Shown here piece after piece: positions 29,270 to 40,636 of a stretch of DNA of 64,000 nucleotides (the stretch's first letter is position 1; each line of letters begins with the position of its first letter). The position numbers were made by a program, and so were the translations under genes. Origin of the DNA: Promethearchaeota archaeon (GTDB taxonomy: Archaea; Asgardarchaeota; Lokiarchaeia; Sigyniarchaeales; SOKP01); the NCBI GenBank assembly GCA_030599585.1, contig JAUVNS010000004.1, positions 160,001 through 224,000 on the forward strand, written 5' to 3'. Below the pieces are notes generated by a model. That model was not told the origin of the DNA and searched no databases. It saw nothing but the letters and a program-made list of their open reading frames with translations.

Positions 29270-29536
29270 AATAAAAGTTGTTTATGTCTAATTTATTTTT
29301 TGAAATAATTATTATAAAATATCTCATTTTACATCAAAAATTATTAATCAATTATAGGTTTTGTTCAATTAATTAGTTATGATTTAATTAAATTTAGAGA
29401 ATAAATCCTCTTTTTTTCTCACTATCGTCAAAAGCTAAATTATGATTTCACGCTTTCTACTATCATTTTTAGGATTATCTTTTAGAAAACTCACAGCCCG
29501 TATTACTTTATTATTGTTTAATGGTAAAATTAAATT

Positions 29537-29707
29537 ATGTCATCAAAAGTAGTTTCTTATTTCGATTGGGAGATGGGGTTTAAGAGTAACTCAAATGAAA
29601 ACACTTTAAAAATAAACGGTACGAAAAAAACCAACTTGAATGCAATTGGAATGAGTGATGATGACTTTAAACAATATCTAAAGAAATGGAAGAATAGAAA
29701 CTTTTAA
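29537..29707 (+). CDS. Small protein, 56 aa (not in ORF track)
   Basis: MSSKVVSYFDWEMGFKSNSNENTLKINGTKKTNLNAIGMSDDDFKQYLKKWKNRNF*; paralogous to 29867-30043. Confidence 0.75.
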   Translation: MSSKVVSYFDWEMGFKSNSNENTLKINGTKKTNLNAIGMSDDDFKQYLKKWKNRNF

Positions 29708-29866
29708 AAATTCTTTTAAATTAGCGATTTTTGTAATTTTACTTTTAATTTCGACTTTTTTAAGCAAATTCGTTCTATAGGTACGAATTATTCTTAACAA
29801 TCTAAAGGGATTTAAATATATTTTTTTATTTACTTTACAAATAAGTACAATTTTAATCTATATAAA

Positions 29867-30043
29867 ATGTCAAGAGCAAGTTCTTATTTTGATTGGGAAA
29901 AACAATTTAAATCTTCTAATAAATCCACCAATAAATCGAATTTGATGGACTTAAATCATATAATTCCATTAAATTCTATTGGAATATCATATGAAGAATT
30001 TAAAAAATACCTAAACAAATGGAAAGAGAAAAATTTATCCTGA
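29867..30043 (+). CDS. Small protein, 58 aa (not in ORF track)
   Basis: MSRASSYFDWEKQFKSSNKSTNKSNLMDLNHIIPLNSIGISYEEFKKYLNKWKEKNLS*. Confidence 0.75.
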   Translation: MSRASSYFDWEKQFKSSNKSTNKSNLMDLNHIIPLNSIGISYEEFKKYLNKWKEKNLS

Positions 30044-30050
30044 TATAGTC

Positions 30051-33000
30051 TTAAATAATAATCTCAGTGAAGTATAAAACAAGAACTAATAGTACCCAAG
30101 TAATCGCGAGGATTATTAACAATATTGTAGTATAAAACCTCCATTTTATTGAAATCTTCTGTTTCTTTTCAATTCTGTAAATATATACTGCAAGTATTGC
30201 TCCTAATATAATTATTGAGGACAATATCAAAATTATTCCAAAAATGATTGAGGTTATGTACGGTAATATCAAAGCAAATACGAATACCGTAAAACTTATC
30301 CAAAGCGTGATGAAGCGCTGCATTCTTTGTTTAAATATTTGATCTGCATCATCTGTTTTCTTAACAGGGAGGAAGGAAATTAAAATTCCTGCAGTAGCGC
30401 CACCTAAGAGGGAAGCGTGATCCCATCTTAACAAATCTAAAACAATGTTGGAGAAAAGCACTCCTACTATTATCCCTGCAAACAAGCACAAAATAATTGC
30501 TATCACTTTAAAATGCGTTTTTAAGAAATTGAGCATGGAATAATAAATGCTAAGAATGTAGTTTTTAACCTTAATAAGGGCAAATCGTAAATTATCTATA
30601 ATATTATCTAAGAATCTTTTCAATTCTTCCAACATAAAAATAAACAAGTATAGCATCATCCCTATTAACATCCAAGAGAAACTCCATCCATTTGAAGTTA
30701 GATTAAGAGTAATTAAGCTTAATAGCAAGAACATTATTACGGAATATAAGAAGGAAAGGGATTTGCTGCGTTTAAAAGGTTTGAATAGAACTAAATTTAT
30801 TATCATAAAAATGAACAGAGATATACACAAGTTTAAAACTAGATTCGGAAGCATAATAAATTCTAAGGTAATAAAAATATCTAACGATAGAAGAGTTTCA
30901 ATAAAGATAAAACTGGAAATCTTGAGTATATTCCTTGTTTTATCACTTACAATCTTAATATATTTGTCAACAAAGGTTAAAAATAGTAAGATAATAAACG
31001 ATAATATCGATAAATTAAACGAAATATAATAATCTGGATTAATATAATATAGAGGCCACGTGATTAAATCTAAGTAGACGATTAGAATAAGACCTTTATT
31101 AATTTTTGATATGTTGGAACTGATAAAATCCCATTCTGATATTAACCGAGATAAGTAGGCGATTTGTATTATGAATAGTAGTATAGTAATAGGGATAAGG
31201 TGTGGGAAAAACAATGAAATCCAATCAATGTAGAATAAGATCGAGAAACCAATCATAACGATCCACGAAGTGACGATAAAACCTTTCGAGGTTTTCTTTA
31301 AAAACTTTAACAAAAACTTATCTAACAAACCAATCAAATGTGTTAGAATACTTAAAATGAAGATAGTTATATGAAATTCTATACTAAATGCAGTCAACAA
31401 ATTATAGATGCTGATTATTAGAAAAACGTATAAACCTATTCCTAAGAAGTTCTGTCTATTAGTTTTCCATTTTTCAAATATTTCTAGCTTTTCAGGATTA
31501 AATTTACTCCTAATTTTGAAATACGAGATGTTAGTGTAAAATTGCAATGCTAAAAATAGCAATAATATATAGAAAAGCGAAGTTATTGAAAAACCATATA
31601 AATAAATTAAAATCAGAGAAAGAACCCAAGAGCTATTAAAGAAACTTAAACAGTGGACAATATCCATATACCCTGCTTTTAAACGCTTTATAGCGTAAAT
31701 TTCTAGTATGCTGATTATGAATAGAATAATCTGAGAAAATAGCAGACTTTCGAAAAATCCAAAATATAATCCAAAGAGTCCGAGAAACACGATTGAAGTC
31801 TCTAAGTAAACGACAAATACTAAGCCTGAATAAAATTTCTTTGTCTTTATAACCCATTCCTCACCTTTTATAACACCTTTCGATAGGTGTAATGTGTAAG
31901 CGGTTAGTATAGTTTCAGACAGAATAACTAAAGAAATTCTTAAAAAGTCGAGTGTTGCGAATGTTGTAAAGAAAGCGAGCCAGAAAATACCAAAAAACAT
32001 TTGGAACGCTATGAATGTAGAGAATAGAATAATATTCTTTGATTTTTTTTCTATTGTGCGATTTAAAAAGCCATTTAATAGAAACATGAGTAATGAAAAG
32101 ACAGAAAGAAAGAAACTAAATGAAGGAATTCCAATTAGTAATGGGTTGTAAGCTAGTAGAAAGTCAGTCAATAACAGAGAAAGGTAAAAACTAATCACAA
32201 GAAAAATAATATTCAGTAAAATTGCTTGTAATTGATTTTTAATTTCCTTTATTCTATTAGCATCGTATTTAGTTATTACTTCGATATAGTAAGATAAGTA
32301 ATGTAATGTATAGAACTGTAATATCAAGAATATAACTAAATTTAAAACAAATAATGTGGCATCATTTCCTGTAAGTTGGGCAAAGTAAATTAATCCACCA
32401 ATCGTTATAACAAGAAATGCTATGATATTTAACAAATAAGTGATCTTTTCTATAGTTCTCTTTAAAACATGGATGTCTAATAAAATGGAGAGGAAAAATA
32501 TGAAAACGGATAACAATATAGCTCCATATAAGTATAAGCTAATATCTATTAACTCCTGGATCAATCCAAAGCTCAACAAACCAAGTGCAAAATAGGATAC
32601 TAATGACAGAATTGAATCAAATTTCGTCATACCATAATCTTTTTCAGGCTGTTGTTCTTCGATTTTCTTCATAAATAAGAATCTTGCTACCGAAAAGTAA
32701 GCAGAATAAATCAAAAGTGAAAGTAGAACTATAAAATAGAGCGAATGAAATAATTCTATCAATAGTATAAACTGTAAAGTTAATAATGTTAATGCTAAAG
32801 GAGAAATATACCATAGAATAAAACGGTATTCATATAATGCTGATCTAAGAATAATCAAATTGACAGTTATGAATATCGCAGACACTAAAAAGATAGATCC
32901 AGGGAGGAAAATATAAACCAAGAACGATAAGGTAAGTGATATTCCAATCGATAAAATTGATAGTGGAAATATTTTTTTAAGAGGTAATATCATTCGAAAT

Positions 33001-36000
33001 TTATTAAATACAAGAGTGGAACCGCCAAAAACCGTAATTGCTAAAGATAAAGCGATGAACTCGATATTAGGAATCAATATGAATGTGTTGTAGGTAAAAA
33101 AGGAGAAATTTACGACTAATATTGATGAGATTATAATGTTAAAAAAAGTCCTGCTGAGCTTAAGGAGTCTTGAAGAAAATAGACTGAAAGCGAGTATTAT
33201 AAAAGAGAGGTTAATAGATATAAAGAAATTTAGAATTATTGAATTAATGATCAAGAAAATTGTTAAAAAGATACCTGTCAGAGAAAGAAAATAGGAACTT
33301 ACAAGTAAAATGTTTTTTAAATTTTTTAAATTGGGGAAAAATGATAAAATGACGAAAAAGAATCCCAATACAATTAAATTGATTGATAAGTTAATTTCCA
33401 AGGGTAACAAGATTACTTGGAATAATATAACGAGGAAGCTTACATTTATAAAAATGTAAAATAGCCATAATAGAGTAATGATTTTCCACATTTTCATTCT
33501 ATAAAACACCGGCATTAGAAGAGATACTGCGAAAACAAAAAACACTATATTAGTAATTACTAGATTTTCAGTAAAAACATTTTGACTAAACCAGTATAAG
33601 AAGAACAAGCTAAAACTCCAAACTATTAGTAGAATCCTGGAGAAATGTTTTTTTATCCATGTGTACCAAAAGGGTAGAGAAAGCAAAACACAAATTGTGA
33701 AAGATATTATAAATGAACCACTAATTTGAATCCCAAAGAAATTTAATGCGTTCGTATAAATATTAACATCGGTAAAACTCTCGTTGATGATATAAAAATT
33801 TACAAAGGGAACTATAATCCATAACCTCCACCCCGTTTTCCATATTACCCAAGAGAATTTCCAGTAGTAAAAGCCTACTGATAAGTAGAAAAGAAGGACG
33901 CCAATATTGATGGTTATAATAAACAGGAAAGGGTCCCATATAGGTAGATTAAAAAAGACATTCAAGAAAAAATACATAAAAGTTGGAATAGAAAGAATAT
34001 AGGATGAAAAAGCGATATAAAAAGAAAGGCGCCTGAAATTTTCTGGCGCTTTATTATAAGTCCATACATAACTAATACTGGTAACGCTTAAAGTTAGTGT
34101 AAATGTCAGTATTGGATTAAATTCTATAAAAAATGGATTATTAAACAGAATATTATAAGACAGGAAACTAATGAGGTTAAATACCATAAGCAAAACACCA
34201 GGTCGGATGAACCACTTGTAAATATCATTTTTTTGCTTGTAGTAGAAATTCCCTGTTAATAATAAAAATAGGAATAGAGAGAAAGTAATGATATATATTA
34301 AAGGAATTATGGTATTGTAGAGTAGTAAAAGAAAGGTTATAATCGATATTAAAGTATATAAAGTGAATTTTTCGATTACATTTACATTCCGTATGTTTAA
34401 CACAATAGAAAAGAATAAGACAATCATTAACGAAAGACTGAAATAAAAAAGATAAAAAGCGAAGTCGAGTAGATCGAATGAAGGAATAAACATATAAAAA
34501 TTCAGTGTGGTAATCAATTTTACTAAAATTAACAAGGTAAGCGAGAAGTAGCTAATAATTCGAAATATAAAATTGCGATTCCGATTGGAAATGAAGAAAT
34601 AAATCATAATAATAAAAAATACATAAGCAAAATATTCGAAAACACCCGGAAATATAGAAAAGAAAGTAAATAGCAGTAGTGATGGACCTAGCAATATTCT
34701 TATTAGTTTGAATTCAGCCACATTCTCAATTCTATCATTGTATTTAACCAGATAGTAATTGATTAACGAATAAATACCACAGAATAAAATTAAAAGTCGT
34801 AGTGGTTGATTTGTGCTGTAAAATGGAAACATTTGACTGGAGTTCCAATATAATTCACTGAATATAATAATTAAAGTAAAATAGAACGTGTAATAGATGA
34901 GTCTTTTGTAAAGTGTTAGAGAATCATCAGAGATAAAAAAGTTATTTCTCAGATAATAAATAGTAATAGGACTGAGGAAGGTTAGAATTAGTAAAGGTAA
35001 ACCAATCCTTTGTATAAGAGATAACTGGGCAGGAAATATCAAAATATAGAAACACAATAGAAATTTAATTATTAACCATGCGGATATATCAAAAACCCAT
35101 CTGAGTCTCGAAAATTCAATTTCGAATAAGTTACGACTGATTGTTGATACTATTAGGTAAGTTAACAGAAAGATTCCAACATTTGTAGTTAATGTTAATA
35201 GTAGGGACTCTTGAAGCTGAAGAAGTGAATAAATGATATTAAATGGAACCAGAAAAATAGTTAGCGAAGCTATCATAAATTCGATGAAAAAATAAGATAT
35301 GTTTTTAGTATATTCGTATATTTTGTAGATTCTGTAATAATCATATTTAGTAAGATCGTTTTCAAATATCCTCTGCTTGAGATTTTCAAGCGGAATTAAG
35401 ATAACCAGATTTAAAATTAAAAATAATAACGAAGAACAACTGATATTGAATCCAATATTAATAGTGAAAGAGTTTAAAACCACAAAAATCTTCGTAGATA
35501 TAACAAGAGATAAAACAACCCAAGTGATAATCTGGCAAGTTTTAATAGAAACGAAATAGGATTCTTTAAGTTTAGATTTATCAAAAAGAGATTCTAGAAA
35601 AACTAAAAATCCAAAAACTAAAGCAATAACCGAACTATTGATTATATAATAATCTACAGCTATACCTAATCTAATAAAATCTAATCCTATTACATAAGGA
35701 AGCGAAGTAATTAATCCCGATATGACTAAACTGTCTATTGTTAACAATTTCTGCACAAAACTGGTGAAAATATTCTTATTTAAGGAATGGAGTAGAGGTA
35801 ATAACAGTGTTATACTTAAGATCAGCAAAGGAATAATATATTTGTAAACCGAAGTAGGTATAAACAAATATAGATAAAATGAGATGAGGATACTAGTGAA
35901 AAACAAACTTACTATATTAAACCCTGTCGAAATTTTTTCTGAAAATAGAATTCTCTTCTTGGTAAAAAAATTAATAATCAAGCTAATAAGAACGATGGAT

Positions 36001-38207
36001 ATATATGCTGAAAAAATTAGGTCCAAATGAAGTTGTTGATTAAAGAATGCGAACATTATGAAGAAAACTTCTAACATTATTAAATAACTAATGTAATTTT
36101 CAATAACAATAATTTTTTCGTGAGAAATTATATCTATTTTATCTCCCAATTTCAAAATGTAGAAACACGCAATAGATATGTAAAGTATATTAAGCACGAT
36201 TAACGAATTTAAGATTGTTAAAAATAAATCAGCAATTAAATAGAAGTTTAATATAAAGACAGACAGAACTATGATGCTGGAGCAAAGAAAATGATAGATT
36301 AGGAAGAATTTTTTATTTATTACATTTTTTTTGTGGAGATAATAAATGGGAATATATGAGAGGACGCTAACTAAAATAAGAGGTATAAAAAATCCGAAGA
36401 ACGAACCCCAAGTGTAAAACGCACTATAATATCCCACCAAAAATAAACCTAAATATAACGTAAATGAATTTAATATCAAGGTTAGGAGCTTAGGAAAGAG
36501 TTTATGTTCTTTTGAATCCGAATACACAATTAGACTCATTACCGTAACAGATAAAAACAAGGATATAAGTAAGTCTAATTCCAAATAAATCAGGAAAAAT
36601 GTAATAAGTATGGCAAAAACTTCGAATACAATGGGATAAGATAGGATGTGTAAAAGAGATTTAGATCGTGATTCTTTGAGCATTCTAATTTTCTTCCCAT
36701 ATGAAATTAGGATTATCAAACAAATGGATATAAACAGTAAGTTAAGGATCGTACCAATAATTAGATGTGCGCTGAAGTATATTACAATTATATAAAAATT
36801 CAAAACGAAAAACAAAAACATGAGCAACCATGAGGAACCATAAGTGTAAATTGCGATGATTTTAGGTTTTAATAATTTTTCACTATATAAATAATAAATT
36901 GGAGCAAAAATCAAGAAGCAAAATACAATCGGTGTGATTAAATAAACAATGAAATCACTTATATTTGCGTTTAAGAAGTAAAACCCCGTAATCACTATAC
37001 TAATAATCAGGATAAGTAATGTCCAAGTTATTATTACTTTTCTAGGAATAAATTTTACATTCGGAGGAAAAAGATTAAAAATGATGCCAATAACGCAACA
37101 AGAAAGGAATAAAGCAAGAAATCCGTCCAAAATAAATAGAATTCTGAATACCGCATAAAATAATAAGAATACTTCAATTAAAAGAGCAAAACTATCAACT
37201 CTAATTATAAAATTGAAAGTAGAATCTTTAACTTTTTTTAGATACTGTCCAAATTTAAGGTTTGCTAAACTAAAAACTGACAAATAAGCCAGATCTAAAA
37301 GCAGAATCACAAAATTATTCCAAAAAATTATGAATATTGTAAAAAAAATCGAGAGTAGTAAAAACCAAAAAGCATAATAGCTATAATTCAAGCTGATTTC
37401 TCGAGAGAATATGTGAATACTATAGTTGAGAAGCACGAATAGTAGGAAAATTATTGGAACTATAATTGCAGATAAAATTAGTTCTCCTTGAAATACCTCA
37501 AGAATTCCAGATGCTAGATTTTTAATATTAACTAATGCAAACCAAGTTATTTCTAATAGTAAAAAGACGATCACGATACAATAGTTAAAAAACTTCCAAG
37601 GTTTATCGTATAACCGAATCCGAGCAAACGAAAAATAAAACGACAATAATGTTATTGCTAAGACGATAAAAGTGTGAATTAATACATTGGAGATAAAACG
37701 TACACTTGGATCTATAATGAACTGTAGATATACAAATTCGATTACAGGGAAGAAAAGATATAAAATCATTGTAAAACTCGCAACAACAAGAAGAGTTTGA
37801 ATAATTAGTACCGTTTTTTCTTGAAAGTACTTAAGCTTCTCAAAAACTTGAAATATTATATATGTAGATAGTGAGAGTAAAAGAAATTGAATTAAAAGAA
37901 ACTGAACATTAAAAAACGTTATGCTCGGAAATGGCAAGATCCAAAAGATTACGATGATTGCCACCCCTAAGCTATTAATTAGATATATAAATCTGCCGTA
38001 AAGAATAGTGATAAAGTTCGATTTTTCTTCGTAATAGGTAAGAATAGAAATTATTGGTAATGTTATAATACCGATTAAAGAAATATCATTTAGCAATGAA
38101 ATTGAGAGGAATAGAAGAATTAAACTGACTGAGACAATAAAGTTTAGCTTTACATAGGTTTGAATATCACCAACATCAACTTCTTCAGCATTGTTAGGAC
38201 TCGTCAA
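30051..38207 (-). CDS. Giant polytopic membrane protein of unknown function
   Basis: 2718-aa uninterrupted ORF, hydrophobic helices nearly end to end; AAGGAGGT SD before TTG start. Confidence 0.85.
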   Translation of the reverse strand: MTSPNNAEEVDVGDIQTYVKLNFIVSVSLILLFLSISLLNDISLIGIITLPIISILTYYEEKSNFITILYGRFIYLINSLGVAIIVIFWILPFPSITFFNVQFLLIQFLLLSLSTYIIFQVFEKLKYFQEKTVLIIQTLLVVASFTMILYLFFPVIEFVYLQFIIDPSVRFISNVLIHTFIVLAITLLSFYFSFARIRLYDKPWKFFNYCIVIVFLLLEITWFALVNIKNLASGILEVFQGELILSAIIVPIIFLLFVLLNYSIHIFSREISLNYSYYAFWFLLLSIFFTIFIIFWNNFVILLLDLAYLSVFSLANLKFGQYLKKVKDSTFNFIIRVDSFALLIEVFLLFYAVFRILFILDGFLALFLSCCVIGIIFNLFPPNVKFIPRKVIITWTLLILIISIVITGFYFLNANISDFIVYLITPIVFCFLIFAPIYYLYSEKLLKPKIIAIYTYGSSWLLMFLFFVLNFYIIVIYFSAHLIIGTILNLLFISICLIILISYGKKIRMLKESRSKSLLHILSYPIVFEVFAILITFFLIYLELDLLISLFLSVTVMSLIVYSDSKEHKLFPKLLTLILNSFTLYLGLFLVGYYSAFYTWGSFFGFFIPLILVSVLSYIPIYYLHKKNVINKKFFLIYHFLCSSIIVLSVFILNFYLIADLFLTILNSLIVLNILYISIACFYILKLGDKIDIISHEKIIVIENYISYLIMLEVFFIMFAFFNQQLHLDLIFSAYISIVLISLIINFFTKKRILFSEKISTGFNIVSLFFTSILISFYLYLFIPTSVYKYIIPLLILSITLLLPLLHSLNKNIFTSFVQKLLTIDSLVISGLITSLPYVIGLDFIRLGIAVDYYIINSSVIALVFGFLVFLESLFDKSKLKESYFVSIKTCQIITWVVLSLVISTKIFVVLNSFTINIGFNISCSSLLFLILNLVILIPLENLKQRIFENDLTKYDYYRIYKIYEYTKNISYFFIEFMIASLTIFLVPFNIIYSLLQLQESLLLTLTTNVGIFLLTYLIVSTISRNLFEIEFSRLRWVFDISAWLIIKFLLCFYILIFPAQLSLIQRIGLPLLILTFLSPITIYYLRNNFFISDDSLTLYKRLIYYTFYFTLIIIFSELYWNSSQMFPFYSTNQPLRLLILFCGIYSLINYYLVKYNDRIENVAEFKLIRILLGPSLLLFTFFSIFPGVFEYFAYVFFIIMIYFFISNRNRNFIFRIISYFSLTLLILVKLITTLNFYMFIPSFDLLDFAFYLFYFSLSLMIVLFFSIVLNIRNVNVIEKFTLYTLISIITFLLLLYNTIIPLIYIITFSLFLFLLLTGNFYYKQKNDIYKWFIRPGVLLMVFNLISFLSYNILFNNPFFIEFNPILTFTLTLSVTSISYVWTYNKAPENFRRLSFYIAFSSYILSIPTFMYFFLNVFFNLPIWDPFLFIITINIGVLLFYLSVGFYYWKFSWVIWKTGWRLWIIVPFVNFYIINESFTDVNIYTNALNFFGIQISGSFIISFTICVLLSLPFWYTWIKKHFSRILLIVWSFSLFFLYWFSQNVFTENLVITNIVFFVFAVSLLMPVFYRMKMWKIITLLWLFYIFINVSFLVILFQVILLPLEINLSINLIVLGFFFVILSFFPNLKNLKNILLVSSYFLSLTGIFLTIFLIINSIILNFFISINLSFIILAFSLFSSRLLKLSRTFFNIIISSILVVNFSFFTYNTFILIPNIEFIALSLAITVFGGSTLVFNKFRMILPLKKIFPLSILSIGISLTLSFLVYIFLPGSIFLVSAIFITVNLIILRSALYEYRFILWYISPLALTLLTLQFILLIELFHSLYFIVLLSLLIYSAYFSVARFLFMKKIEEQQPEKDYGMTKFDSILSLVSYFALGLLSFGLIQELIDISLYLYGAILLSVFIFFLSILLDIHVLKRTIEKITYLLNIIAFLVITIGGLIYFAQLTGNDATLFVLNLVIFLILQFYTLHYLSYYIEVITKYDANRIKEIKNQLQAILLNIIFLVISFYLSLLLTDFLLAYNPLLIGIPSFSFFLSVFSLLMFLLNGFLNRTIEKKSKNIILFSTFIAFQMFFGIFWLAFFTTFATLDFLRISLVILSETILTAYTLHLSKGVIKGEEWVIKTKKFYSGLVFVVYLETSIVFLGLFGLYFGFFESLLFSQIILFIISILEIYAIKRLKAGYMDIVHCLSFFNSSWVLSLILIYLYGFSITSLFYILLLFLALQFYTNISYFKIRSKFNPEKLEIFEKWKTNRQNFLGIGLYVFLIISIYNLLTAFSIEFHITIFILSILTHLIGLLDKFLLKFLKKTSKGFIVTSWIVMIGFSILFYIDWISLFFPHLIPITILLFIIQIAYLSRLISEWDFISSNISKINKGLILIVYLDLITWPLYYINPDYYISFNLSILSFIILLFLTFVDKYIKIVSDKTRNILKISSFIFIETLLSLDIFITLEFIMLPNLVLNLCISLFIFMIINLVLFKPFKRSKSLSFLYSVIMFLLLSLITLNLTSNGWSFSWMLIGMMLYLFIFMLEELKRFLDNIIDNLRFALIKVKNYILSIYYSMLNFLKTHFKVIAIILCLFAGIIVGVLFSNIVLDLLRWDHASLLGGATAGILISFLPVKKTDDADQIFKQRMQRFITLWISFTVFVFALILPYITSIIFGIILILSSIIILGAILAVYIYRIEKKQKISIKWRFYTTILLIILAITWVLLVLVLYFTEIII

Positions 38208-39138
38208 TTTTAAACCTCCTTAGGAATTTGCTGTAGAACGTACTTATGTATAATCTGAATTTAAAGTAAAACGCTAAGAAAATGAGAGATAATACCGTTA
38301 TTTTTATGATTTCTATGAAATCGTAATTTTGAGGAATACCAATATAAAAATAAACGATAACTATAACGAAGGGCATTTGAATTAGCAACACGAATAATAA
38401 GCCTAATAATGATTTTACAAATTTTTTCTTAAAAATTGTCAAATCTACTAGGATCGGTTTCTTACTGTCAATTGAAATCGTAATATTTTTACAGATTTTT
38501 ACACTGAAGAGTCGAGAAATGACATAAAATATAATGTTCCAAATGAGAGGAAATAACCAAGAGACTTTTGTATTAAAAGTATAAGAGAGAAATACGATGT
38601 GAACAATGTAGTTAATGAATATTATGATATTATAAGGTTGTCTAACAATTTGAGAAGAAGAAACTGCGTGATTGAATCTCTCTTCCTCTGGATCATAAAA
38701 ACCAATGGGTTGAAAATAATAATAATAGTATACAATATTATACAAAATACTAAAAGAAATTAAAGGTAAAAGCTCAAAGTAGTCATCTCCTGGAGCAAAT
38801 AACACAAAAATAGGGGTAACGATTAAAGATAAGATTGTAATCAAGAAAACGATATCAATTCTTGCGGATAGATTATTTACTTTGTTGGAAAAAAAAGGAT
38901 TTTTCCTGTATTTGTCAAATGCCTTATAAAAAAATAATAAAACAAACATAAAAGTTATAATAGACAACCCAACTGAGACAATAAGGTCTTTACCTATAAA
39001 AAAATAAATAAAAAAGCCTACAACTGCGATTAATGATGGAACTATTATTAAATAAAAACTGAACCACCAAATCTTCCAGAGTAATTCTGTTGCTTTTGTT
39101 AACTTCTCATCAGAAGAGGTGATTTTATTAGATTTCAT
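38194..39138 (-). CDS. Hypothetical membrane protein (about 8 TM)
   Basis: Overlaps the start of the giant membrane gene by 14 nt. Confidence 0.75.
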   Translation of the reverse strand: MKSNKITSSDEKLTKATELLWKIWWFSFYLIIVPSLIAVVGFFIYFFIGKDLIVSVGLSIITFMFVLLFFYKAFDKYRKNPFFSNKVNNLSARIDIVFLITILSLIVTPIFVLFAPGDDYFELLPLISFSILYNIVYYYYYFQPIGFYDPEEERFNHAVSSSQIVRQPYNIIIFINYIVHIVFLSYTFNTKVSWLFPLIWNIIFYVISRLFSVKICKNITISIDSKKPILVDLTIFKKKFVKSLLGLLFVLLIQMPFVIVIVYFYIGIPQNYDFIEIIKITVLSLIFLAFYFKFRLYISTFYSKFLRRFKIDES

Positions 39139-39304
39139 TTTTACAAAATAGTAATATTCTCTATTTTGAGATAAATAGTCACTTTCATTAAAAAATGTTT
39201 ATATGAAAAAAAGGTGTATTTGTAAGAATTTACCGGTAAAAAAAAGAGTCTATCGTCGAAAGTAGTAAAAGAGATAAAAAGAAACAGTTTAAAAAAATTA
39301 TATC

Positions 39305-40636
39305 TTATTGAAATTTGGGTAAAAATTCACTCTGTAATTCTTTCATCTCGCTGAATATTCTGTCAGCCATCTCAAAACTCCCTACATTAGGATCTATGGC
39401 TAATGCATTTATTGCTACTTCCTTAGATTTAGTAAGAACCGCTTCAACGCACAGATCTTGGATACTCGCTTCGATTCGAAGAAGAGCGGCTATATTTTTC
39501 GGTAAATTTCCCCATTTAACTCCGTGTATGCCAGATTTACTAGCTATTATTGGACACTCAATTATTAAATCTTGCGGTAAATTATCTATTATTCCATCGT
39601 TTGGAATGTTGACAGCACTCTCATAGGATGGTTGGTTAGTTATCATCGCTTCAATAATAGGAACTGCTCGTTCTCCTGATATTCCTTTGGAGAGCATGCC
39701 TTTTTTGAGATACCTTCCCTCTTTAAGGCGTTTATAATTCCTCATAACCTTCCTATAGATGCGTTCACCACCTTTTTCAGTGAGGTCAATCCAATCTACC
39801 ATATCTTGTGTTTCAGTAAATTCTTCACCAAATTGTAAATATTCACCAAGGTGATTATCTCCTACATATGGAAAATAGCCAAATCTTTTAAAAACTTCAA
39901 ATGTTAGTGAAGAAAATTCGAACCTCTCTTCGCGTTGTTTAAAATATTCCGGAGCTACCTTGTTAAATTTCGGCATTAAATCCATTCCTGAAGAGATATC
40001 TTCAATTCCCATCAAAAATCCAAAATGATTTAATCCATAAGGTTTTAGTTTTAAATCCTCTAAGTTCTTATTGAGCATTTTAGGTAAATGGTAATTAAGA
40101 GCTCCAATTTGGTGACAAAGTCCGATAGCTTTAAGATTTGGTGTTGTTCTTTTGATAGCTAAGCATACTCTTGCCATTGGATTAGAAAAATTTATGAAAA
40201 ATGCGTTGGGGCAAATATCATTCACGTCTTTCACAATATCTACAATTGGAGGAATTATTCTAAAAGCATGCATAGTCCCTCCTGGTCCCCCACATTCACC
40301 GAGTATTTGAGTCGATCCATACTTTCTTGGAATTTCGTAATCTTCCCTCCATAATTTGTAACGATCTCCTACTTCAATGGAACTTATTATGAAATCAGCA
40401 CCTTTTAGTGCAGATCTACGGTTTGTAGTATGCTCAATAATAAATTTATCGTTGTGGATCTTATTTTCAGTTGTAATTAATTCATTAATTATATTTAAAC
40501 GTTCTTTATCTATGTCATGTAGAACTATTGTCGATCCATGCAAAATTTCACTCTGAAAGAGATCTAATAAAGTAGAAGGTCCAAAAGATGCGCTAGCAGC
40601 CCCAATAAGTACAATTTTACATTTCATTGTTCTCAA
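39305..40636 (-). CDS. Glycoside hydrolase family 4 (alpha-galactosidase/glucosidase)
   Basis: IVLIGAAS, GECGGPGG, NFSNP, GLCH, GLNH motifs. Confidence 0.9.
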   Translation of the reverse strand: MRTMKCKIVLIGAASASFGPSTLLDLFQSEILHGSTIVLHDIDKERLNIINELITTENKIHNDKFIIEHTTNRRSALKGADFIISSIEVGDRYKLWREDYEIPRKYGSTQILGECGGPGGTMHAFRIIPPIVDIVKDVNDICPNAFFINFSNPMARVCLAIKRTTPNLKAIGLCHQIGALNYHLPKMLNKNLEDLKLKPYGLNHFGFLMGIEDISSGMDLMPKFNKVAPEYFKQREERFEFSSLTFEVFKRFGYFPYVGDNHLGEYLQFGEEFTETQDMVDWIDLTEKGGERIYRKVMRNYKRLKEGRYLKKGMLSKGISGERAVPIIEAMITNQPSYESAVNIPNDGIIDNLPQDLIIECPIIASKSGIHGVKWGNLPKNIAALLRIEASIQDLCVEAVLTKSKEVAINALAIDPNVGSFEMADRIFSEMKELQSEFLPKFQ

